A DNA stretch of 29,910 bases from a virus. Taxonomy: Duplodnaviria > Caudoviricetes. Of the stretch, positions 8,191-16,971 are shown in pieces; the first letter of the stretch is position 1; the number at the start of each line of letters is the position of its first letter. Location: IMG/VR virus record IMGVR_UViG_3300038317_000212, positions 1-29,910 of that record. One strand, given 5' to 3'. Under the pieces are notes generated by a model that was not told the origin of the DNA, ran no database searches, and saw only the letters and a list, made by a program, of their open reading frames with translations. The position numbers and the translations under genes were made by a program.

Positions 8191-9395
8191 CATTCAAGTC
8201 GTTCTAGCTCGGAACGTTTCTTTTGTCGGTGTTTATGTTGCTGGAATCTGTTACGGCATTCATCTGAACAGTATCTTTTCCGTGTTGAAGTGGTTCTTAC
8301 AAGAAAATACACACCACAGTTTGGATTAGCACAACGGCGATATAATTCAGATTGAGTCATATAAAAAATTGAAAAGTAAAGTGCCGCCATCAAAGTATCA
8401 ATGTTCCAAGATGGAGACATTTTAACAGCATCGTATTGAGGGTGAATGCCATCAAGATTAGCATTTACTTCTTCCCCTAAAACAATTTGTGCAACTTTAA
8501 TTAAAGCATCTTTGAGAGGTTTATCAAAATTGTCTCTGTCTGGTGCTGTGAAATATTCTATGCCATTTTCATAGTCAATTGCTTTTATAATGCCAACATC
8601 ATATTGATAGTGAAATAGAAAATCAATGATTTCCCGGAGCCGTAGATCTTCATAAATTCCATTACAGTATAAAAGTGTTAGGTTCTTAAAATAAGGATTA
8701 TCAGACCCAATTTTGGATTTCATATAACCACCAACAATATCATTGTAGTCATTAATATCCAACTCATAAATTGGAGAGTAGATGGTATCACAAATCGAAT
8801 ATGTATATTTATCAAAACTTTCTTGACCTCGGTCTACTACTGGTAGATTAGAGGCGTTTTTTATTTTCTCTAAAAAAGGATGCTTACAAGTTGTATATGG
8901 GGTTTTCAGTGAAGGAAGGTCTAAAGCGATAGGCTCCGATAAAAGCAAATATAAAGTTAAGTGCAATATCCTGTCATAATCTCTACGGATCGCTGTAAGG
9001 GCACTCATAAGCTCTACGGTTGCTCTAATTCTACTAATTAATTCAAAGATTAATGCCCCGTCAATCTCCTCATATTCTGTACTGCTTACGTTAAAAAAGA
9101 AACCATTTCTTTTGAAAAAACTAAATAATTCAGCAGTGTCCCCACTTTTAATAGAGATTAAATTACCCAGTATATTCTTTTCAATTAATGCACCTTTGGT
9201 ACCAAGACGAACTAATCCTACATCACCAGCTGCGAAAGCAAAGTGAATGGTATCTGTTGGTACAGCTTGTATCTTTAAAACTCGTTTCTCTGGCTTCCCA
9301 GGTGCAGTATGAATGATATCTTCAACGCAATCACAGGAGCAACTGCCAAATCGAAATAAATTATTTTCAAAAAAATTTTCAGTATTTTGAGCCAT
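8190..9395 (-). CDS. CGNR zinc-finger domain protein (putative regulator)
   Basis: C-terminal RRCANPNCGVYF...RKRYCSDECRNR fits zf-CGNR; AAGGGGG RBS before ATG at 9395. Confidence 0.75.
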   Translation of the reverse strand: MAQNTENFFENNLFRFGSCSCDCVEDIIHTAPGKPEKRVLKIQAVPTDTIHFAFAAGDVGLVRLGTKGALIEKNILGNLISIKSGDTAELFSFFKRNGFFFNVSSTEYEEIDGALIFELISRIRATVELMSALTAIRRDYDRILHLTLYLLLSEPIALDLPSLKTPYTTCKHPFLEKIKNASNLPVVDRGQESFDKYTYSICDTIYSPIYELDINDYNDIVGGYMKSKIGSDNPYFKNLTLLYCNGIYEDLRLREIIDFLFHYQYDVGIIKAIDYENGIEYFTAPDRDNFDKPLKDALIKVAQIVLGEEVNANLDGIHPQYDAVKMSPSWNIDTLMAALYFSIFYMTQSELYRRCANPNCGVYFLVRTTSTRKRYCSDECRNRFQQHKHRQKKRSELERLE

Positions 9396-9617
9396 TAGCG
9401 CAACCCCCTTAACACTCAAAAGTAATGGTAATAGTAATCTATTATTTTAATTTTCCAAAATTAGTAATTATAAAAATAATTATAGGTTAATAATATCTCA
9501 TTTTCATAATCTTAACAATAACTATTAGAAAAATATTCTAAAAAAGTAATAGTTAATATGCTGACTATCAGTTACTTTTTGGAAGTCATAAAATGAAATC
9601 AGACAAAGGATAGGTTC

Positions 9618-9851
9618 TTTGTAGTCCGATAGGACGAGCCGATCCTGTCTACAAAAAAATATCAAATGCCTGATTTGCAATAAGGGCAAAGGATACATAT
9701 TGTTACGTTTCAGTCCGTTAAGGATTGTTATACGTTGCAATAGAAGTACCTTTCCTTGTTGCGCTCATTTTCAGGACAAAGGGTCTGTGTACTTCGAGGC
9801 ACAGACCTATTTTTGTATCCTTTGCCGCCAATGCAGTCCGGCGGAAAGGAT
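9618..9851 (+). promoter_or_regulatory. Structured leader of the sigma-like gene
   Basis: TTTGTAG/CTACAAA stem; GGTCTGTG/CACAGACC hairpin plus T-run (~9782-9815); ATCCTTT(G)CCGCC/GGCGGAAAGGAT hairpin covering the RBS (9817-9851). Confidence 0.5.
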
Positions 9852-9856
9852 GCAAA

Positions 9857-10390
9857 ATGAAAATTAGAATTATGTACGACAACAAACCTACCTATTTGGA
9901 GGTACCAGACGAGGATTGCACTGTAATGATTGATATGGACTATGAGGACAGGCTATCCTGTGCCGAAGATAAGGAAACTGTAACTCGTCGTTCGCCACAG
10001 GAGATTATGGACGAGCGTTTTAACAAGCCCGAGTACAATAACTGGCATAAATTTGACAGACACAGAGGGATGCCAAAAAAGCCCTTCCGCAAGGACGATG
10101 AATCCGAAGATGCTACGGATCATATGGACTATTTCCCTGATAACACCGATGAAGTGGCTCGGGATAAAAAAGAAGAGTATGAATACCTCTGTGAAGTTAT
10201 CCGCAAGACCCTCAAAGAAAAACAAGCAGAATTACTGATTGCTATATTCCTAGATGGTGTTTCTGTAACAGAGTATGCAGTGCGTGAGGGTGTTAGTAAA
10301 AGTGCCATTTCACATCGTTTAGATACAGCTAAGAAGAATTTCAAAAAAGTTTTTCCAGAATCCTCAACTTTCCCCTCTTGCCAGGGCTAA
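9857..10390 (+). CDS. Sigma-70 region-4 (ECF-like) HTH protein
   Basis: C-terminal LKEKQAELLIAIFLDGVSVTEYAVREGVSKSAISHRLDTAKKNFKK is a region-4 HTH; GAAAGGA RBS before ATG 9857. Confidence 0.8.
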   Translation: MKIRIMYDNKPTYLEVPDEDCTVMIDMDYEDRLSCAEDKETVTRRSPQEIMDERFNKPEYNNWHKFDRHRGMPKKPFRKDDESEDATDHMDYFPDNTDEVARDKKEEYEYLCEVIRKTLKEKQAELLIAIFLDGVSVTEYAVREGVSKSAISHRLDTAKKNFKKVFPESSTFPSCQG

Positions 10391-10400
10391 TAGGTAGAGG
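10359..10400 (+). promoter_or_regulatory. Bipartite motif copy 1 (candidate phage-sigma promoter)
   Basis: AATCCTCAAC-N16-GGCTAATAGGTAGAGG; same motif and spacing at 16894-16935. Confidence 0.6.
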
Positions 10401-10436
10401 GCAACACATAAACGCTCTCGGAAAGAGGTGAAGAAC

Positions 10437-10655
10437 ATGAAACACAACTTGAAAATCAGTGTTTCAAAAACTCCACAGACTGGCGGGATTGTTTCCTGTC
10501 GTAATGTCACCATAAGGGAGCGTTTCCTTCGTTTCTTACTTGGTGATAAGCAGAAACTGACTATCCTTGTTCCGGGTGACACCGTTCAGGAACTCGCCAT
10601 CAGTGAGATTAAGGAAGGAGGATTAAACCATGAGCAAAATCAAACTACTTCTTGA
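10437..10655 (+). CDS. Phage hypothetical protein
   Basis: AGAGGTG RBS, ATG 10437, overlaps the next gene. Confidence 0.75.
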   Translation: MKHNLKISVSKTPQTGGIVSCRNVTIRERFLRFLLGDKQKLTILVPGDTVQELAISEIKEGGLNHEQNQTTS

Positions 10656-10953
10656 TGTGGTTTCTGATATGCGTTCTTTGGCGGACAGTATACAAGCGGT
10701 TGCTGATGTAATGGCCGGCAATGAACCTGTGGAAACAAAAGAACCGACTACAACCGTAAAAGAATCTGCGCCAAAGAAAAAGGAAATCACTCTGGAGGAA
10801 GTCAGAGCAAAACTTGCTGAAAAAAGTCAGGTTGGCCTTACTGCCCAAGTGAGGGAAATCATCCAAAAATACGGTGGCTCTAAATTAAGCGAAGTTGACC
10901 CAAAACATTATGCAGATATGTTGAAAGATGCGGAGGTACTAGGTAATGAGTGA
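10630..10953 (+). CDS. Phage hypothetical protein (conserved upstream of DUF2800)
   Basis: AAGGAGGA RBS; TLEEVRAKLAEKS...YG..KLS.VDP..Y..L motif typical of this module. Confidence 0.8.
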   Translation: MSKIKLLLDVVSDMRSLADSIQAVADVMAGNEPVETKEPTTTVKESAPKKKEITLEEVRAKLAEKSQVGLTAQVREIIQKYGGSKLSEVDPKHYADMLKDAEVLGNE

Positions 10954-12094
10954 TCACGCAGTACTTTCCGCATCAGGGTCCCATAGGTGGCTTAATTGCC
11001 TTCCATCTGCAAGATTGGAACTAGAATTTGAAAATAGCGAATCCAATGCGGCCGCTGAAGGTACAGCCGCCCATGCTCTCTGTGAACATAAACTTAAAAA
11101 AGCACTTCACATGAGGAGTAAGCGTCCTGTCTCGGCTTATAACACCGATGAGATGGAAGAACACAGCGATGCCTATGTGGAATTTGTAATGGAGCAGCTT
11201 GAACTGGCAAGGCAAAGCTGTACGGACCCGTTAATACTTATTGAACAACGTCTTGATTTTTCCTGCTATGTACCACAGGGGTTCGGAATTGGTGACTGCA
11301 TCATCATTGGCGATAAAAAGCTTCATATTATCGATTTTAAGTATGGTATGGGTGTGCTGGTAGATGCGGTAGATAATCCGCAAATGAAATTATATGCCCT
11401 TGGAGCTTTGGAAATCTATGATAGCCTGTATGACATCGAGGAGGTTTCCATGACCATCTTCCAACCACGCAGGGAGAATGTCAGCACATGGACAATCCCG
11501 GTAAAGGAATTAAAAGACTGGGCAGAAAATGAACTGAAGCCAAAGGCGAAAAAGGCCTATGAAGGCGAAGGTGACTATCTTCCAGGTGAATGGTGTACTT
11601 TCTGTCGAGCGGCTGTTAAATGCCGTGCAAGAGCAGAAGAAAAGCTGAAATTAGCACAGATGGAATTTAAACTGCCACCCCTGCTTACGGATTCTGAAAT
11701 TGAGGAAGTTCTCTCTAAATTGTCCGATCTTACAAAATGGGCAAATGAAATCATTGCTTATGCCACGGATGCTGCCGTTAATCACGGGAAAGAATGGCAT
11801 GGTTTTAAGGTAGTCGAGGGCAGATCAGTTCGGAAATATAAGGACGAAGAGGCTGTGGCTGAAGCAGCCAAGGCAAATGGCTATAAAGATATCTACCGTC
11901 AGAGTCTCATTACCCTTACGGAAATGCAGAAGCTGATGAGTAAATCGAAATTCGAAGAAATCCTCGGTGGTCTCATACATAAACCACCAGGTAAGCCAAC
12001 GCTGGTTCCAATTTCGGATAAGCGGCCAGCTATGAATATATCAAACGTAAAAAACGAATTTAACGAAATAACGGAGGAATTGGAATATGAATAA
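10946..12094 (+). CDS. DUF2800 family Cas4-like PD-(D/E)xK exonuclease
   Basis: HAVLSAS..HRWLNC, EGTAAH, GD-x-IIDFKYG, QMKLYALGA, WCTFC....C (1+3 Cys staple). Confidence 0.88.
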   Translation: MSDHAVLSASGSHRWLNCLPSARLELEFENSESNAAAEGTAAHALCEHKLKKALHMRSKRPVSAYNTDEMEEHSDAYVEFVMEQLELARQSCTDPLILIEQRLDFSCYVPQGFGIGDCIIIGDKKLHIIDFKYGMGVLVDAVDNPQMKLYALGALEIYDSLYDIEEVSMTIFQPRRENVSTWTIPVKELKDWAENELKPKAKKAYEGEGDYLPGEWCTFCRAAVKCRARAEEKLKLAQMEFKLPPLLTDSEIEEVLSKLSDLTKWANEIIAYATDAAVNHGKEWHGFKVVEGRSVRKYKDEEAVAEAAKANGYKDIYRQSLITLTEMQKLMSKSKFEEILGGLIHKPPGKPTLVPISDKRPAMNISNVKNEFNEITEELEYE

Positions 12095-12635
12095 TCAAAA
12101 CAGAACTAAGGTTGTTACAAGCGTCAACACACGTCTTAGCTACTTTCACGGCTGGGAGCCCGTATCCATCAATGGCGGAGCGGAAAAGTACAGCGTATCC
12201 GTATTGATTCCCAAAACAGATAAGGAAACTATCAATGCTATCAATGCAGCAGTAGATGCAGCCATTGAAGAGGGCATTGCAAAGTTTGGTGGTAAAAAGC
12301 CGAATAAGGCTGCTATCAAACTGCCACTTCGAGACGGTGACGTAGAACGTGATGACGAGGCTTACAAAGGACATTATTTTGTAAATGCCAACAGCAAGAC
12401 TCCACCCCAAATAGTAGATAAAGCAGTCAGACCTATCTTGGATCGCAACGAGGTTTACAGTGGTTGTTATGCAAGAGTATCCCTGAATTTCTATGCTTTT
12501 AACTCTAATGGTAATAAGGGTGTAGCGTGTGGTCTTGGCAACATCCAGAAGATAAGAGATGGAGAGCCTTTAGGCGGAAGAACCAATGCAGCTGATGACT
12601 TCACAACTATTGAAGATGATGATTTTCTAGCATAA
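12087..12635 (+). CDS. DUF2815 family ssDNA-binding protein
   Basis: KYSVSVLIPK, LPLRDGD, YSGCY, GLGNIQK..DGEPLGG and an acidic tail DDDFLA. Confidence 0.88.
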   Translation: MNNQNRTKVVTSVNTRLSYFHGWEPVSINGGAEKYSVSVLIPKTDKETINAINAAVDAAIEEGIAKFGGKKPNKAAIKLPLRDGDVERDDEAYKGHYFVNANSKTPPQIVDKAVRPILDRNEVYSGCYARVSLNFYAFNSNGNKGVACGLGNIQKIRDGEPLGGRTNAADDFTTIEDDDFLA

Positions 12636-12645
12636 AGAATAAATA

Positions 12646-12686
12646 CAAACGAGGTGGTGGAGGTTGTTCTTCTGCCACCTCGTTTG
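12646..12686 (+). terminator. Hairpin between SSB and polymerase
   Basis: CAAACGAGGTGGTGGAGG/TCTTCTGCCACCTCGTTTG stem. Confidence 0.55.
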
Positions 12687-12707
12687 CATTGGAAAGGGCG
12701 GTAATAC

Positions 12708-14642
12708 ATGAATTCTATTTCTATTGATATTGAAACATTTAGTAGTGCCAATCTTCAAAAGTCTGGAGTTTACCGTTATGCCGAGAGTGATGATTTTGAA
12801 ATTCTACTATTTGGCTATTCGGTAGATTCTGGTGAAGTACAAGTTGTTGATCTTGCCTGCGGAGAGGAAATCCCAGCTGAAATTATAAATGCACTTATGG
12901 ATAATTCCGTTACTAAGTGGGCTTTCAATGCAATGTTTGAGCGTGTGTGTCTATCAAAATGGCTTAACCTTGAAGATTATCTTGACCCTGCATCCTGGAA
13001 ATGTTCCATGATATGGTCAGCATATATGGGACTACCTCTTTCTTTGGAGGGAGTCGGTGCAGTTCTAGGTTTAGAAAAACAAAAATTGACTGAGGGTAAA
13101 GACCTTATTAAATATTTCTGTACACCTTGCTCCCCTACAAAATCTAATGGTGGTCGAGTTCGTAATTTACCAGAACACGACATGGATAAATGGGAGCGGT
13201 TTAAAGTGTATAACATTCGCGATGTGGAATCCGAGATGTCTATACAACAGAGATTATCCAAGTTTCAAGTACCAGAGAATATCTGGGAGGAATATCATCT
13301 CGACCAGGAAATCAATGATCGTGGCATTGCCATTGACATTGCTTTCGTAAAACAGGCTGTTGTGATGGATGAACATTCCCGTAAAAAGCTAACGGCTTTA
13401 ATGCAGGATATAACTAATTTAGAGAATCCGAACTCTGTACAACAAATGAAAGACTGGCTTGCCGATAACGGGCTAGAAACAGATACCCTTGGTAAAAAAG
13501 CGGTTGCTGAGATGTTAAAGACAGCACCTGAACCACTAGGCACTGTTTTGGAACTTCGGCAACAACTTGCAAAATCATCGGTGAAAAAATACACAGCAAT
13601 GGAGAATGCGGTATGTAGTGACGGTCGTGCAAGAGGAATGTTTCAGTTTTACGGAGCCAACAGAACCGGCAGATTCTCTGGCAGGCTGATTCAGTTGCAA
13701 AATCTACCCCAAAACCATATGTCCGATTTGGAACAGGCTCGTGCTTTAGTTCGAAGCGGAAACTTTGATGCTCTTACTTTACTATATGATTCAATCCCAG
13801 AGGTACTGTCGGAGCTTATCCGTACTGCTTTTATACCACGAGAAGGTATGAAGTTCATTGTGGCAGATTTTTCAGCGATTGAGGCTCGCGTCATTGCTTG
13901 GCTTGCAGGTGAAAAATGGAGATTAGATGTATTCCAAAACGGCGGTGACATCTACTGTGCCAGTGCCTCTCAGATGTTTAATGTACCTGTTGAAAAGCAT
14001 GGTGTAAACGGGCACCTTCGTCAAAAAGGGAAAATTGCTGAACTTGCTCTCGGTTACGGAGGATCTATTGGAGCATTAAAATCAATGGGTGCTTTAGAGA
14101 TGGGAATTGAAGAAGAGGAACTTCAGCCTCTTGTAACGGCTTGGAGACAGTCCAATCCCAATATCACAAAATTGTGGTGGGATGTTGACCGTGCAGTAAA
14201 AACTTGTGTTAAGCAAAAAACTCCCACAGCGACACACGGCATTAAATTTATATATCAAAGTGGAATGCTCTTCATTGTCCTTCCTTCTGGTAGACGGCTT
14301 GCCTATGTGAAACCCCGTATGGGAGAGAACGTGTTCGGCGGTGAGTCGGTTACTTATGAAGGTGTCGGTGGGACGAAGAAATGGGAAAGAATCGAAAGCT
14401 ATGGACCCAAATTTGTAGAGAATATTGTTCAGGCAATCAGTCGTGACATTTTGTGTCATGCCATGCAGACATTAAAGAATTGTTCCATTGTGGCTCATGT
14501 ACACGATGAAATTATCATCGATGCGGATATGGGAATGTCACTTTCCGCTATTTGTGAACAGATGGCTAGGACACCAACATGGGCAAATGGCCTGTTACTT
14601 AGTGCTGATGGCTATGAGTGTCTGTTTTATCAAAAAGATTAA
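12708..14642 (+). CDS. Phage family-A DNA polymerase
   Basis: Exo I DIET; motif A DFSAIEAR; motif B RQKGKIAELALGYG; motif C HVHDE. Confidence 0.93.
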   Translation: MNSISIDIETFSSANLQKSGVYRYAESDDFEILLFGYSVDSGEVQVVDLACGEEIPAEIINALMDNSVTKWAFNAMFERVCLSKWLNLEDYLDPASWKCSMIWSAYMGLPLSLEGVGAVLGLEKQKLTEGKDLIKYFCTPCSPTKSNGGRVRNLPEHDMDKWERFKVYNIRDVESEMSIQQRLSKFQVPENIWEEYHLDQEINDRGIAIDIAFVKQAVVMDEHSRKKLTALMQDITNLENPNSVQQMKDWLADNGLETDTLGKKAVAEMLKTAPEPLGTVLELRQQLAKSSVKKYTAMENAVCSDGRARGMFQFYGANRTGRFSGRLIQLQNLPQNHMSDLEQARALVRSGNFDALTLLYDSIPEVLSELIRTAFIPREGMKFIVADFSAIEARVIAWLAGEKWRLDVFQNGGDIYCASASQMFNVPVEKHGVNGHLRQKGKIAELALGYGGSIGALKSMGALEMGIEEEELQPLVTAWRQSNPNITKLWWDVDRAVKTCVKQKTPTATHGIKFIYQSGMLFIVLPSGRRLAYVKPRMGENVFGGESVTYEGVGGTKKWERIESYGPKFVENIVQAISRDILCHAMQTLKNCSIVAHVHDEIIIDADMGMSLSAICEQMARTPTWANGLLLSADGYECLFYQKD

Positions 14643-14706
14643 ATTAATTGGTAATCGGATAATCGTGTGGGAGGAGGTTAAAAGACCTTCAATTTTTAAA
14701 TAATGA

Positions 14707-14752
14707 AAACAGGATAGCACTTATTTTATGACCGGCACGTGCTATCTTGTTT
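14707..14752. terminator. Hairpin / terminator after the polymerase
   Basis: AAACAGGATAGCAC/GTGCTATCTTGTTT stem followed by a T-rich tract. Confidence 0.6.
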
Positions 14753-14926
14753 GTTTAATAAACGCTCCATTTTTGTGGAATAAAGGGTTAAAATTCGAAT
14801 CTTGAAGAAATATAGTGAAAGAACCGATTTTGACTCCTCTCTCTATAAAGTTAATAATAAATCAAGGGGTAAGACTAAATCTATTAAAAACACATGGGAC
14901 AATAATTGATACATCGACCGATTAGC

Positions 14927-15526
14927 TTAATTGATTTTATTGCAGAGTGTCTCTAAATGATAACGAATAACTTCCTTCACCTTTTCTGGAGAGTATACAT
15001 CAGGTCTTAATAAAGCATGAATCGACAATCCCTCTATTAATGCCGTTAACCTACTCTTTTCTAATTCTGCATTCATTGAATCTGATAATACGCCTTTTAG
15101 AGCTAAGATTTCAATCATTGAATTTGCTAATTCATATGTACCGTCCGTCATTTCATCTTTTTTGTCCTTTATTGTATCACTTGTAAGTGAACGTAATGCA
15201 AGAATCCACCAAACACTCGTTTCAATTTTCTTTTCTTCATCTATTGGTACTAGCTCTAATAAAACTTCTTCTACTGCCTGCACTGGGTTTTCTGACCATT
15301 CTATATTTTGAGAACGTTTTTTCCCTTCTTCTAAGTAGTAATTCATAATAAATAATAACATTTCATCTTGAGTTGAAAAATAATGTCTTAACGCACCAGA
15401 AGACATCCCTGCCTCAGCTGCAACTCTTCGTATAGACGCTTTCTCAACCCCTTCTTTCCCAATAATATTCCATGCAGCCTCAGCAATTTGTTTGCGCTTT
15501 TCATCATGATCAACAATTTTTGGCAT
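14927..15526 (-). CDS. TetR/AcrR family regulator (BetI-like C-terminus)
   Basis: MPKIVDHDEKRKQIAEAAW..I...G...ASIR.VA.EAG.S.GALRHYF TetR HTH. Confidence 0.92.
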   Translation of the reverse strand: MPKIVDHDEKRKQIAEAAWNIIGKEGVEKASIRRVAAEAGMSSGALRHYFSTQDEMLLFIMNYYLEEGKKRSQNIEWSENPVQAVEEVLLELVPIDEEKKIETSVWWILALRSLTSDTIKDKKDEMTDGTYELANSMIEILALKGVLSDSMNAELEKSRLTALIEGLSIHALLRPDVYSPEKVKEVIRYHLETLCNKIN

Positions 15527-15548
15527 TATAAAAATCACTTCCTTTATT

Positions 15549-15589
15549 TAGCACAGTGTGTTATTATCTTTTTATAGCACGATGTGTTA
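15549..15589. promoter_or_regulatory. Two palindromic TetR operator candidates
   Basis: TAGCACAGTGTGTTA (15549-15563) and TAGCACGATGTGTTA (15575-15589) lie between the divergent genes. Confidence 0.7.
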
Positions 15590-15629
15590 AATAGATAATA
15601 CCACAACATTTAAAGGAGGACTAGTTTGT

Positions 15630-16343
15630 TTGATCGAAACTATTGAAGCATTGATGCCTTCTTCATCATTAGACATTTCTTCAGCATTAATGATTATTTT
15701 TTTGTGTGCTTTAATTGATATTTTAAGTCCCGGTGTACTGACTGTAACAGCCTATTTATTACTGACACAACCGAATCAGTTATCTTCTCGTTTATTTGTG
15801 TTTTTATTCATCACGCAGTTAGGCTATTTCATCACGGGTTTATTACTCTACTTTGGTGGAAATTCATTATTGAAGAGAATAGAACAATTGTCTCAGTTTG
15901 ACTTTATCAATTGGTTTTATATCCTACTTGGAGCAGTTCTTGTTCTTATAAGCTTCAGTAAACCAAAAGAGACTACAAAAAAACGTTTAATTTCATTTAT
16001 CCCCAATAATACAACTATTAAAGGGATGATTATATTAGGGATCATTGTTTTCCTAATTGAATTTGTAACGGCACTGCCTTACTTCTATTCAATCTTTTTA
16101 ATGTATCATCAAACAATTGAGACTACACCTGCTATCTTAATAATTATTGGATACAATCTAGTAATGGTGCTTCCTTCTCTATTACTATTAGGGGTTAATA
16201 TTATATTTAAAGAAAGGTTGCAACAAATTCTTGTTAAAATGAGGTCAAAATTAAATGAAGCTCCAATCTCTTCACTCTTGGTAGCGATAGGAGTCATAGG
16301 TGCAGTTTTTTTTAATATCGGTCTTAGAGGCATATTAAATTAG
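15630..16343 (+). CDS. GAP/Sap (LysE-superfamily) multi-pass membrane protein
   Basis: AAAGGAGGA RBS with TTG start; about 6 hydrophobic segments; ALID.LSP, EF.TALPY and YNL...LP motifs. Confidence 0.7.
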   Translation: MIETIEALMPSSSLDISSALMIIFLCALIDILSPGVLTVTAYLLLTQPNQLSSRLFVFLFITQLGYFITGLLLYFGGNSLLKRIEQLSQFDFINWFYILLGAVLVLISFSKPKETTKKRLISFIPNNTTIKGMIILGIIVFLIEFVTALPYFYSIFLMYHQTIETTPAILIIIGYNLVMVLPSLLLLGVNIIFKERLQQILVKMRSKLNEAPISSLLVAIGVIGAVFFNIGLRGILN

Positions 16344-16368
16344 AAAAAATATTAAAGAGGTGTTCATC

Positions 16369-16587
16369 ATGAAAGAAATTATCAGTGGACTCAGCCTACT
16401 TTTTATTATTCAGGGAGTAGGAGGATTAATCAATCATTTGACTAATGGAGGAAAAAGTTGGTTTTTAGTAAATTATATTGATGCGTTTCAAGGGTTGGAA
16501 ATCGTTTTGGACATTGTATTTATTGCAGTTGGTGGGATCATAGCTTTAGCCACTCGTAAAATAACATCAAGTAAAAGCGATAAGTGA
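16369..16587 (+). CDS. Small two-helix membrane protein
   Basis: AGAGGTG RBS, ATG 16369, two hydrophobic segments. Confidence 0.75.
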   Translation: MKEIISGLSLLFIIQGVGGLINHLTNGGKSWFLVNYIDAFQGLEIVLDIVFIAVGGIIALATRKITSSKSDK

Positions 16588-16595
16588 ACGATGCA

Positions 16596-16644
16596 AAAAT
16601 AAAAAATACAGAGTGAGAATTTCTCGCTCTGTATTTTTTATTTT
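16596..16644. terminator. Bidirectional terminator
   Basis: AAAATAAAAAATACAGAGTGAGAA/TTCTCGCTCTGTATTTTTTATTTT. Confidence 0.85.
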
Positions 16645-16893
16645 AATTGATTCTCCTCAGACTCTACCAACCTTACTCATCCAGGTCATAGATAAAATAT
16701 GATACCAAAATGACTGTTTTTCTCTTTTCCTATTAGCCCCAAATCACTATAGGCCTATTACTGTTTACGTTACCATTTCTTGTTTATCAATCTAGTCCGT
16801 TTGTTAAAGTAGAAAATTACTGAATCAACTGTTAAATCTATTTTACATACTCAAATTCCGAAAAACAATCGGATGTATAATTTATTTTTTTTA

Positions 16894-16935
16894 AATCCTC
16901 AACAATCATTACCTCCTGTGGCTATTAGGTAGAGG
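16894..16935 (+). promoter_or_regulatory. Bipartite motif copy 2 (candidate phage-sigma promoter)
   Basis: AATCCTCAAC-N16-GGCTATTAGGTAGAGG just upstream of the antirepressor RBS. Confidence 0.6.
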
Positions 16936-16971
16936 AACTTTCCTCTGACTATATTGCAGGAGGTAATTCGT

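Noticed and set aside
8158-8355. 65-aa Cys-rich plus-strand ORF
   Set aside because: It starts inside a terminator hairpin and is antisense to the CGNR gene, with no RBS.
9725-9856. N-terminal extension of the sigma-like ORF (and similar extensions at 17640, 20965, 24059, 25320)
   Set aside because: Better RBS-linked starts lie downstream; the extensions overlap hairpins or upstream genes.
10946-12094. Cas4-like nuclease as a sign of CRISPR-Cas
   Set aside because: It lies in a standard phage DUF2800-SSB-PolA module; I saw no repeat-spacer array or other cas gene in the window.
16645-16780. Possible minus-strand gene remnant converging on the terminator
   Set aside because: Multiple stops and no recognisable protein motif.
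14653-16874. AATCGGAT at 14653-14660 and 16867-16874 as a target-site duplication of the moron
   Set aside because: Only 8 bp, with no transposase or terminal repeats adjacent; it could be chance. An empty-site comparison is needed.
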